Below are positions 17,520 through 25,969 of a DNA stretch of 64,000 nt, in pieces (within the stretch, counting starts at the first letter, position 1; each line of letters starts with the position of its first letter). The position numbers were made by a program, and so were the translations under genes. Source of the DNA: a virus; IMG/VR virus record IMGVR_UViG_3300010885_020282, positions 1-64,000 of that record. The stretch is one strand, 5' to 3'. The notes under the pieces were generated by a model. The model did no database searches. It saw nothing but the letters and a program-made list of their open reading frames with translations, and was not told the origin of the DNA.

Positions 17520-18532
17520 AAGCTTTGATAAATTTGCAACAATAGTTTGGGATCGTACATTTTGCTGTCGATTTTGGTGATCTGATCAGTTACAATTTGA
17601 TCCACTGATTCAAATTTAACTTCGCCAGGCGCCAGATCTTCTTCCAAGGAACTGCGTTTGTTGGGCATCAAGGCCATTTCACGAAGTTTGTATTGCTGTA
17701 TAAATGTTTCTTTGATGAAGTTGGCTTCTTCGTAACTGATTTCGATATCCAGTTGCACTCGAACATTCATGTTGGGCTTGAGTAATTCACTACCACGATC
17801 AATCATGGTACTTAGATCCCATACATTGTACATGGGCTGACCAGGCCAGGCATGGAACTCGGGCTCTTGTCCCCATTCCAGTATCATAACACCTCGGTCA
17901 CCGTCGCCTGCATCAGCATAGTTGTGTGGAAAGCAGTTGCCAATATAGGTGATATTCTTTTTGGTTTGCCTTTTGTGGAAGTGACCGGAAAACACATGTT
18001 CAAAGCCATGAAAGTCTTCTCTGCGTACTTCACCATGATCCGGCATTTCTACCATGGCATTCATCAAATATCCGGGCAGTTCAAAATGCCCAAACATGTA
18101 CTTGCCTTTTAGTTTGGGGATACGTTTGTGGTCATCGCCGCAGAGCCAAGGAGCAATGACAACATCACCACTAGTAAACCAATCGTTACATATCTGTACG
18201 TTGGGGAGATGCTTTGCCCACTCCACGCTTTGTATATCACGCTTATCTCTGTAATACAGATCGTGATTCCCAGGGATAAAATACACAGATGAAAAGTTGT
18301 CATTTAAATGTTCCAGTGCTTGAAGGCTGTAGTTTAATGTAACAATGTTGATGTTGGCACGTGTGTTGTGCCAGTCACCCAAAAACATCGCAGTCTCGCA
18401 CCCCTCTTCTCGAGCTTTGGCAGTGGCCCATTTGACAAAGGTCAAACAGTCATCGTTGTGCAATTGACTGTTTGACTTGAGACCAAAGTGGATGTCGGTA
18501 AAGACTGCGGCTTTTTTAAATAGATTACTCAT
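17516..18532 (-). CDS. gp47: Recombination nuclease subunit (gp47 / SbcD / Mre11-like)
   Basis: Metallophosphoesterase motifs DIHFG, GDWH, GNHD, GHF, SGHFH. Confidence 0.95.
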   Translation of the reverse strand: MSNLFKKAAVFTDIHFGLKSNSQLHNDDCLTFVKWATAKAREEGCETAMFLGDWHNTRANINIVTLNYSLQALEHLNDNFSSVYFIPGNHDLYYRDKRDIQSVEWAKHLPNVQICNDWFTSGDVVIAPWLCGDDHKRIPKLKGKYMFGHFELPGYLMNAMVEMPDHGEVRREDFHGFEHVFSGHFHKRQTKKNITYIGNCFPHNYADAGDGDRGVMILEWGQEPEFHAWPGQPMYNVWDLSTMIDRGSELLKPNMNVRVQLDIEISYEEANFIKETFIQQYKLREMALMPNKRSSLEEDLAPGEVKFESVDQIVTDQITKIDSKMYDPKLLLQIYQSL

Positions 18533-18538
18533 CCCTGT

Positions 18539-18567
18539 AGTATACTACTCATCGAGGCTAGACACAA
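18539..18567 (-). promoter_or_regulatory. Possible sigma70-type promoter for gp47, predicted leaderless transcript
   Basis: Minus strand TTGTGT, 17 nt, TATACT, then 6 nt to the ATG at 18532. Confidence 0.4.
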
Positions 18568-19441
18568 CCGGACCGGACAATGCAGCCATGTTTTTTCCGG
18601 CATTCTGGCGAGTCCAGCTGGGGTTTAGGCCGTTCATTTCCAAAATGTCATCACGGATGTTTTGATTTTTCTTTTCAATGTTTAGGATACGAGTAAAGCT
18701 ATTAGTGATAGCGGCAGTATAATACGCAAAAGGGTTCTGCGATTTTGACTCGTCAAATTGCAATCCGATTTGACTGAGTTGTAGCAAGGCTTGTCCTCGC
18801 ATTTCTTCGTTGTAGGTGTATCCACGCCAGTTGCTCCTTGTTGCATATCTCTCGCATAATTTCATAAACATCATGGCCAGCTTGCGAGTCATCTGTCCAT
18901 GGTCACGACTGTATTCTCCAGTTTCTAAATCACCTTTCCAGTGGCTTTTGCCCACAAGGTACGGTACCTTGTGATCTGTAACACGATAGTGCCAAAACGG
19001 AGGAAAGTTTACTCGAACATGTACTGGATCTAAAATAGGTTCATCTATGAGATCTGCTAATGGATCCTCTTCTATGGGCTCGTCAAACACAAGAATTTCT
19101 TGAAGCTTTTTCTTTTTTACAGCAGTTTTGGGTACTTTTTTTGGCGCCATGGGGATGTGTTCCCATGTCATGACTCTAAAAACTATATCAGTATTGGGAA
19201 TATTTTTTTCATTGACTTCGACTCCTGACTCTTTAGTAAGTCTTGCCGCACGATTTCGGCGTGCTTCGGCCACGGTCTTTTGATTTATTTTGCTAACGCT
19301 GGGTAAAATAATATCATACTGATGATCTGTTACAGGATCTAGGTAGCTACAATATGCATTTTTACTAAGGTGAATCTCTTTTAAGATATCTCGATTGTTG
19401 AGATAGTTGACTTTTGCTGGGGGTTTTGGTAGTAATGACAT
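18545..19441 (-). CDS. gp55: Late transcription sigma factor (gp55-like)
   Basis: YLNNRDIL, NWRGYTYNEEM, FDESKSQNPFAYYT, ILNIEKK; T4-like 55-47-46 synteny. Confidence 0.9.
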   Translation of the reverse strand: MSLLPKPPAKVNYLNNRDILKEIHLSKNAYCSYLDPVTDHQYDIILPSVSKINQKTVAEARRNRAARLTKESGVEVNEKNIPNTDIVFRVMTWEHIPMAPKKVPKTAVKKKKLQEILVFDEPIEEDPLADLIDEPILDPVHVRVNFPPFWHYRVTDHKVPYLVGKSHWKGDLETGEYSRDHGQMTRKLAMMFMKLCERYATRSNWRGYTYNEEMRGQALLQLSQIGLQFDESKSQNPFAYYTAAITNSFTRILNIEKKNQNIRDDILEMNGLNPSWTRQNAGKNMAALSGPVVSSLDE

Positions 19442-19469
19442 TTGATGCCGTGTCTCCTAAGTTGTACTT

Positions 19470-19497
19470 ATTGTAGCATAATCGCAACAGTTGTCAA
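19470..19497 (-). promoter_or_regulatory. Sigma70-type promoter for gp55
   Basis: Minus strand TTGACA (19497-19492), 16 nt, TACAAT (19475-19470) with extended TG; SD AGGAGA follows. Confidence 0.7.
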
Positions 19498-19556
19498 CCT
19501 TTTTCTTAATATATGCCGTTTATTTTCTAGGTAAATATTACAAAGGTACACAACAC

Positions 19557-22500
19557 ATGGGTGACGATTTTTTCAGTAGCTTTAGCTATAGCTATGGCAC
19601 ATACAATTCCAGCACTGGCTTTAACTCAATAGGCGGTTCAGGTTATGCTGGACAAAATGTCACATTTCAAGGCACCACTGCGTCGGGATTTGATGGATTT
19701 ACGTCAAATCCATTTATTACCAGCTCAACAACATCGGGATTTACCCAAGATCAATCCATTGTGGGCACAGCAAATTACCAAATTGGAGTTGACTATACCA
19801 ACAATGCTGTCAGCGGATTTGCCAACCCCAATACTGGAGGTGCCCAGTCACTGACCTTGGATAACACGTATTATAACATTCAGGCTGGATCTGACGCATA
19901 CCTAACAACGCAGTTCAACACCCTGGGCTCTATTGCTGAAATTCAAACATTGACTGCCACAGTGATTGCCAACACACAAGGTGTCGATGACACATATATT
20001 ATTTCAGACATAGTTGACGACACCATATTGACTAGAGCTGATGATGGAGTTTCGCTTGCTGTGCCGCTATCGGTTAATCAATTTAACGTACAAATCAAAA
20101 CAGCAGAATCAACCACGGTTGCTGACAGCACTAGTTCGGGGTTGTCAACAACCACACAACAACAACTGGATCTAGCACTGGAGACTGAATTTTCATTCCT
20201 TGTAGGTTCTTTTCCTAACTTGGCCACTGCCGCTGGACGTATCCTAGCAATTCAAAATGCAAACCAGGCAGGTAATCTACTAGAAGCTGATGGAAACGGA
20301 TTTACACTAACCACTCAAGAGCGTAGAGAATTAGAAAAGGTTGTTGATTTTGGACTGAATGTTGCAATTACCACAAGAGATACCCTGAATCAAGCACAGG
20401 ATGTAATTGATAGTGTGAGAAATATATCAATTAGTGATTCAGGCTTGTTGACATTTACAGAAGCCAAGAAAGCATTGATCAACGATTTTTATGATGGACT
20501 TACTGTAGAACAAAAATCCATAATAAACAACTCTGGAATAGGAACGACATTTAATAATCTCATAGGTGATGTTAACAATTCTGGACAATCAATTATAGGA
20601 ATATCAAACCTAGGTCTAGTACCTTACACTGTGGCCAACGACACATTGGGATTAGACACCACGCAACGTATCACTGATGCCCTGGTTGCACAATACATCA
20701 GTCAAAATGGCAGCATAACCGAAGAACAAATTCAAGCCATTGAAACTTTGGTACTGACACAAAACGCAATCAACACACAAGATCTTGTGGCGGGCAACAT
20801 TGGTGTAGCAGAGACAGAAATAAACATTAACTTAATCAGGAAGGTCAGCACTGATGCAGTAACAGATACGACCTTGCCCGATGCAAATCAGGGCGACATT
20901 GCGATTCAAACTGTGGAAGTTACAGCTAACACCAGCGTTTCAAAAGCCATTAGAGCGTCACTGGGACTAGACTATCAGGGACCCATTGTTGAAAAGTTAA
21001 TTGACAAAGCTATCAATCTAGCATTGAATCAAATACCCGGATATAGCGAGATTAACAGTGTAATTGGTACAGCAAACAAAATTGTAAAAATTGGCGATAT
21101 TGCAACCAATGTTGACTTGTCGCCAGCAGAGACCGCACTAGCCCTGGCAAAACTTTTTGTACCACAAATAAATTTAGTTGTTACTGGCTATAATCTTGTT
21201 ACTGGCGGAGGAGCTGGTGGTGGTGGTGGAGTTGAAGCTCTTGAACCTATCCCAGTAAGCATCACAGACCCACAAGCCGGTGGCGGTGGTGAAGAAGAAA
21301 TACCACCAGGTGACATTGATTATGGGCCAGTGGCAGTCAGTACTGAAGCTGATCCACTGGCTGCTACTACCACTGCAACAACTGCAGAAACTGATACAGC
21401 GGCTTTCCAGGATGCTAATTTAACATCAATAAAATCTATAGGTACTTTTGTTGCTGTGTACAATGTGGAAACTGGCACATACGATGTTTATGATCTTAGC
21501 ACCAATGAAGTAGTTGCATCGGGATTTACGCAAGCGCAAGCAACTGAATACGCTGACGCATTAAACGTTGGCGATGAGTATGAGGCATTACTGGTACAAA
21601 CTAGAGCAGATGCAGAAGCAAGACTCAACGAAACTCCAGCCGATGTAACTTCGGCACAAGATCCTAGCTTGTACCCACATGGTTTGCCTTATGACGATGA
21701 CGGCAACTTGATGCCTGGTTGGGCGCTAGACGAAAACAACAATCCGGTGTGGGTTGGTGGTGATTACGTTGAGCCCGCAACAGCACAATCAGCAGCCAAT
21801 AGTTTCTCATTAGCGTCTCAAATACAAACTCTAAAGAATAATGCTAATGCACAAGCTACTCGAGAAGTTCAACGAGGGCAGGCAGCGCAAGGCGACTGGC
21901 GAGTAAAACTGCGTCTAGCTGAAGGTGCAGATTATTTGTACCGCGACCCAAAAATTAACGAAACTGGTCTATTGTGGCCATTGTATATTACTAATGGTGT
22001 GGTATTTCCGTACACGCCTACCATCAACACAGTTTATGCTGCCAACTACAGCAGTTATGATTTAACACATTCAAATTATCGAGGATATTTTTATCAAAAC
22101 AGTTACGTTGATGAAATTAACATTACTGCTACGTTCACTGCGCAAGACACTAGCGAAGCCAATTATTTGTTGGCAGTAATACACTTTTTCCGATCAGCTA
22201 CAAAAATGTTTTATGGGCAAGACGCCAATCGAGGACAGCCACCGCCCTTGGTGTTTTTGCAAGGACTTGGAGAATTCCAATTCAATTTGCACCCATGCGT
22301 GATACGTAGTTTTAACTACAATTTGCCAGGTGATGTTGATTATATTCGAGCCAGAGTGGCCAATGTTAATGGAACTAATTTGCTATCTCGTCGAGATCGT
22401 GCTTCAACCCCGTCTGGAACTAGTTGGCTCAGCAATATTCGTCTTGGTGCGGCCGGGCTCAATCTTGGCGGCTTAACGCCACCGCCAGCGCCACCTACTC

Positions 22501-22646
22501 TAGGAACTACTAGCCCCACGTATGTTCCAACTAAATTAGATGCAACCATAACATTATTGCCGATTCAAACTCGCAATCAGGTCAGCAAACAATTCAGTCT
22601 TAAACAATACGCAAATGGTGACTTACTCAAAGGAGGATTCTGGTAA
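19557..22646 (+). CDS. Baseplate tail-tube cap/initiator (gp48/gp54-like C-terminal domain) with a long N-terminal extension
   Basis: C-terminal GVVFPYTP...ITATFTAQ...EANYLLAVIHFFRS...PPPLVFL...PCVIRSFNY tube-fold pattern. Lies directly before the gp53-like gene. ATG 19557 follows TAAATA. Confidence 0.65.
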   Translation: MGDDFFSSFSYSYGTYNSSTGFNSIGGSGYAGQNVTFQGTTASGFDGFTSNPFITSSTTSGFTQDQSIVGTANYQIGVDYTNNAVSGFANPNTGGAQSLTLDNTYYNIQAGSDAYLTTQFNTLGSIAEIQTLTATVIANTQGVDDTYIISDIVDDTILTRADDGVSLAVPLSVNQFNVQIKTAESTTVADSTSSGLSTTTQQQLDLALETEFSFLVGSFPNLATAAGRILAIQNANQAGNLLEADGNGFTLTTQERRELEKVVDFGLNVAITTRDTLNQAQDVIDSVRNISISDSGLLTFTEAKKALINDFYDGLTVEQKSIINNSGIGTTFNNLIGDVNNSGQSIIGISNLGLVPYTVANDTLGLDTTQRITDALVAQYISQNGSITEEQIQAIETLVLTQNAINTQDLVAGNIGVAETEININLIRKVSTDAVTDTTLPDANQGDIAIQTVEVTANTSVSKAIRASLGLDYQGPIVEKLIDKAINLALNQIPGYSEINSVIGTANKIVKIGDIATNVDLSPAETALALAKLFVPQINLVVTGYNLVTGGGAGGGGGVEALEPIPVSITDPQAGGGGEEEIPPGDIDYGPVAVSTEADPLAATTTATTAETDTAAFQDANLTSIKSIGTFVAVYNVETGTYDVYDLSTNEVVASGFTQAQATEYADALNVGDEYEALLVQTRADAEARLNETPADVTSAQDPSLYPHGLPYDDDGNLMPGWALDENNNPVWVGGDYVEPATAQSAANSFSLASQIQTLKNNANAQATREVQRGQAAQGDWRVKLRLAEGADYLYRDPKINETGLLWPLYITNGVVFPYTPTINTVYAANYSSYDLTHSNYRGYFYQNSYVDEINITATFTAQDTSEANYLLAVIHFFRSATKMFYGQDANRGQPPPLVFLQGLGEFQFNLHPCVIRSFNYNLPGDVDYIRARVANVNGTNLLSRRDRASTPSGTSWLSNIRLGAAGLNLGGLTPPPAPPTLGTTSPTYVPTKLDATITLLPIQTRNQVSKQFSLKQYANGDLLKGGFW

Positions 22647-22945
22647 TGTCTAATTATACTAGCACCAGTCCTTATTTTACTACTCAATACACTCAATTTT
22701 ATCTTGACGTAATGACCAACCGGCCAATCCCAAGAGAGAGTGATGATGTATATTTTAAATTAAATCAAACATATCAGTATAGACCTGACTTGTTGGCCTT
22801 TGACCTTTACCAGCAACCCGGACTTTGGTGGGTATTTTATCAACGCAACCCTAACACATTAACAGCACCGCCCTGGGATTTTGAAGCTGGGGTTCAGATT
22901 TATTTGCCTAAAATCAGTACGTTGCGCACCGCCCTAGGGTTTTAA
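22646..22945 (+). CDS. Baseplate wedge protein, LysM-like (gp53-like)
   Basis: YRPDLLAFDLY...LWWVF..RN...G..IYLP. Confidence 0.8.
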   Translation: MSNYTSTSPYFTTQYTQFYLDVMTNRPIPRESDDVYFKLNQTYQYRPDLLAFDLYQQPGLWWVFYQRNPNTLTAPPWDFEAGVQIYLPKISTLRTALGF

Positions 22946-22948
22946 TAG

Positions 22949-25900
22949 ATGGCAACCATTCAAAGTCTAGAAGCAGAACGCCAACTGTTGTTGAGTCGCC
23001 GAGAAGTCCTGGCAGCGCGATACCAATCTGGCGACGAATCAGTATTACCGGCTATTCAACAAATTAACGAGCAGTTGAGAGCAGTTGTACTCGCAATAGA
23101 AGAACTGCAAAGCGCAGGGCCTGTGGTCAGCACTGGACAAACTGTTGCACTGGCACAGGCAGCTCGAGATGATGGTGCCAATACACAAAACCCACAACCC
23201 ACTCCCGAAAATGCAACCGGCAATGCTACTACAACGCCAACGAATGCTCAAAAATTTGAACCAAATTTAACTGTTGGCACAGACGGCCGCATACGCACCG
23301 GTAGTCAAACACAAGCTGTGCCCTCACCAACTGCAGCCAGTCCAATTCCGGCATTAGAAAACAGAAATGGACAGTTTAGTAATGAGATGGAATCTCAAAA
23401 CGAAGTATTCACTGCTCCAAACACAATTGGGGTTGCAACTGCCAGTGACGACGGAACCACAGAAGGTATTATAAATGCTGGCGCAATTCCTGGAGCCACT
23501 ACAAATGCTACTCCCGGCGGCAGTAACTCTATTGTTACTCTTGCTAACAATACTGCCCGCCCGATTATACCACAGCCCAATGTATTGGACAGTTTAGCAA
23601 ATTACACTTATACTGTTAGTATCTATCTCATGAGCCCCGAAGACTATCAACGTTTAATGACTTCAGGGAAAAAATTTATACCTGGCTATCAACTGTTGAT
23701 GCAAAGTGCAGGTGCTCCACAACAATCAGGAATACAAGCTCAAAGTTTTGGTGATGAAGAGCCTGGCGGAGTTAGTATAACACAAGGAAGAAATCAATTC
23801 TTTCCTTTAGACTATTACCTCGACGACCTAGAAGTCAAGAGTATAATTGCAGGCAAAGGCACAGGTGGTGCACACAATGTAGCTGAGTTAAAGTTCAGAA
23901 TAATTGAACCAAACGGCATAACCCTATTGAACAATCTGTATAAAGCAACTGATCAATACATCAATCGTGGCGGAGGTGCCAGTAAAACTACAGCCAATGG
24001 CAACTATTCTGCACAAAACTATCTTATGGTAATACGTTTTTATGGGTATGACTCACAGGGCAATGCTGTAATTACCCCATCAACTGCTGACCCTGACGGT
24101 CGCAGTGATAGCCGCGCCATAATAGAAAAGTTTATACCATTTCAATTCACAGCAATTAAATTCCGCATAGCCAACAAACTTACGGAGTATCAATGTGAAG
24201 CAGTGTGTCCCCAAAACGTAATTGGCACTGGCCAAGGCCGCGGCGTAATTCCTTACAACATTGAAATTACTGGAACAACGTTGCAAAACTTGTTTAATGG
24301 AAACATTGTTTTCAGCAAGCCTGGTGCAAGCACAGCACCGGACAAGGCCACGGCAGCACCTAATCCAACACTCAATAGCGGATTAACACAGGCGCTTAAT
24401 TTGTTTCAAGCAGAACAAGTTACCAGCGGCACATACGACATTGCAGATCGATACAAAGTGGTTATCAGCCATCCTGAAATTGCCAACGCCAGTATTGTGC
24501 CACCTGGTGCAACCAACAGGTTAAACACCCCTTTGGTTAATGCCACAACCGCGGCACAAGCCAAGGATGGCAATAAACAAAGTGTACAAAATAATGCCAA
24601 AACATTCAGTGCCACTGCTGGCATGAGCATAGTGCAATTTTTAGAAATGGCTGTGCGTAGTAGTGATTATATTTTTAAGCAACAGACAAAAATAAAAACA
24701 ACAGACCAATTTGGTAAAGAAGTAGATATTCCAACTGGTACTGCTGGGCAAGCATTTGCCTGGTATCGAATTGGAGTTGAATCAAAACCCATTGGCACAA
24801 AACAAGACCCCAAGCGAAATGATTTTGCTTATGAAATTACATATGAAATTGCACCTTACGGAATCAACGATATCAAGAGTGAGTATTTCCCCAAAGGCAA
24901 ATTTCGCGGTGCTCAAAAAAAATACAACTACTGGTTTACAGGCGAAAACACTTCGGTGATAAACTTTGAGCAAGACTTTAACTATTTGTATTACGTCACT
25001 GTCAACAGTAGACAAAATCCCAAGTCCACAAGTGACTATCGGCAGACGGAATACTATCATGAACAAGAGAAACGAGTGTTTTCACCAAGTAGTGGAGCCA
25101 GTGCTCAAGGCACAGACGGCCCTGAAATTGAACCCAGCGCCAACGCCGCTGACTATCTGTACAGCCCTGGTGATCAAGGCAGAATAAAACTTACCATTGT
25201 GGGCGACCCTTCTTGGATACAACAAGGAGAAATATGGAAAGGTGTGCGCAGTACCAAGGCCACAGACTCAAATCAAACTGATGTTTATTTTGATGCGTTT
25301 TTAAAAGACGGTACCATAAACTTTGATGCACGGGAAGCCTTGTTTGAACTCACATTCAACAAACCAGCTGATTACAATTTACAAACTGGAGTGATGCAAG
25401 TTACTGGTGCAAATGTTACCACACAAACATACATTTACAAAGCTACTACTGTGATGAGCAATTTTAGGCAAGGCAAATTTACTCAAGATCTTGAAGGTGT
25501 GTTATTGATATTTCCAGATGCATCGGCAGCCAAAGCAGCCGCAGCCACTTCAGGAAGCGCATCAACTACTGCTACTGAAACCAATCAGTCAGCGGCCGAG
25601 ACTGCACGCCTGGAAAGATTAAATGCAGCCGCGGCACAAAGCGGATTAAAAACTGGAACTCCGGTTGCTACTACATCTGTAACAGGTACCCAACCAACCA
25701 GTTCGTTGGCTAAAGGTACCAATCAACTATTAAATCCTGTAACACCCCCAACAGTGACAGATTCCCAATTGATAGGAACACCAGCATACAATCAAGCCAG
25801 ACGAAACGGCAGTACTCCACAAGAGGCATTGGCCATTGCAAGATCAGCATCAGCATCGGGTACCAACAATTATGCAGGCACAGCATTACCTGGCATTAGA

Positions 25901-25951
25901 ACCAATGCCAACACAGGTATAGTAAAAGACGACAGCGGCGTAGGCCAATAA
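22949..25951 (+). CDS. Baseplate hub protein (gp27-like position), with S/T/A-rich termini
   Basis: Between gp53- and gp5-like genes; PNVL..LANYTY, F.IIEP.G, LTIVGDP, F.QGKFTQ.L motifs. Confidence 0.6.
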   Translation: MATIQSLEAERQLLLSRREVLAARYQSGDESVLPAIQQINEQLRAVVLAIEELQSAGPVVSTGQTVALAQAARDDGANTQNPQPTPENATGNATTTPTNAQKFEPNLTVGTDGRIRTGSQTQAVPSPTAASPIPALENRNGQFSNEMESQNEVFTAPNTIGVATASDDGTTEGIINAGAIPGATTNATPGGSNSIVTLANNTARPIIPQPNVLDSLANYTYTVSIYLMSPEDYQRLMTSGKKFIPGYQLLMQSAGAPQQSGIQAQSFGDEEPGGVSITQGRNQFFPLDYYLDDLEVKSIIAGKGTGGAHNVAELKFRIIEPNGITLLNNLYKATDQYINRGGGASKTTANGNYSAQNYLMVIRFYGYDSQGNAVITPSTADPDGRSDSRAIIEKFIPFQFTAIKFRIANKLTEYQCEAVCPQNVIGTGQGRGVIPYNIEITGTTLQNLFNGNIVFSKPGASTAPDKATAAPNPTLNSGLTQALNLFQAEQVTSGTYDIADRYKVVISHPEIANASIVPPGATNRLNTPLVNATTAAQAKDGNKQSVQNNAKTFSATAGMSIVQFLEMAVRSSDYIFKQQTKIKTTDQFGKEVDIPTGTAGQAFAWYRIGVESKPIGTKQDPKRNDFAYEITYEIAPYGINDIKSEYFPKGKFRGAQKKYNYWFTGENTSVINFEQDFNYLYYVTVNSRQNPKSTSDYRQTEYYHEQEKRVFSPSSGASAQGTDGPEIEPSANAADYLYSPGDQGRIKLTIVGDPSWIQQGEIWKGVRSTKATDSNQTDVYFDAFLKDGTINFDAREALFELTFNKPADYNLQTGVMQVTGANVTTQTYIYKATTVMSNFRQGKFTQDLEGVLLIFPDASAAKAAAATSGSASTTATETNQSAAETARLERLNAAAAQSGLKTGTPVATTSVTGTQPTSSLAKGTNQLLNPVTPPTVTDSQLIGTPAYNQARRNGSTPQEALAIARSASASGTNNYAGTALPGIRTNANTGIVKDDSGVGQ

Positions 25952-25969
25952 ACAAAAGAGAGATGATAG

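Noticed and set aside
19491-19556. ORF-track upstream starts (19491; likewise 8864, 50111, 51889, 53167, 58732, 60405)
   Set aside because: They run through promoter regions or overlap upstream genes; downstream ATGs with SD, promoter spacing or ATGA coupling are more plausible.
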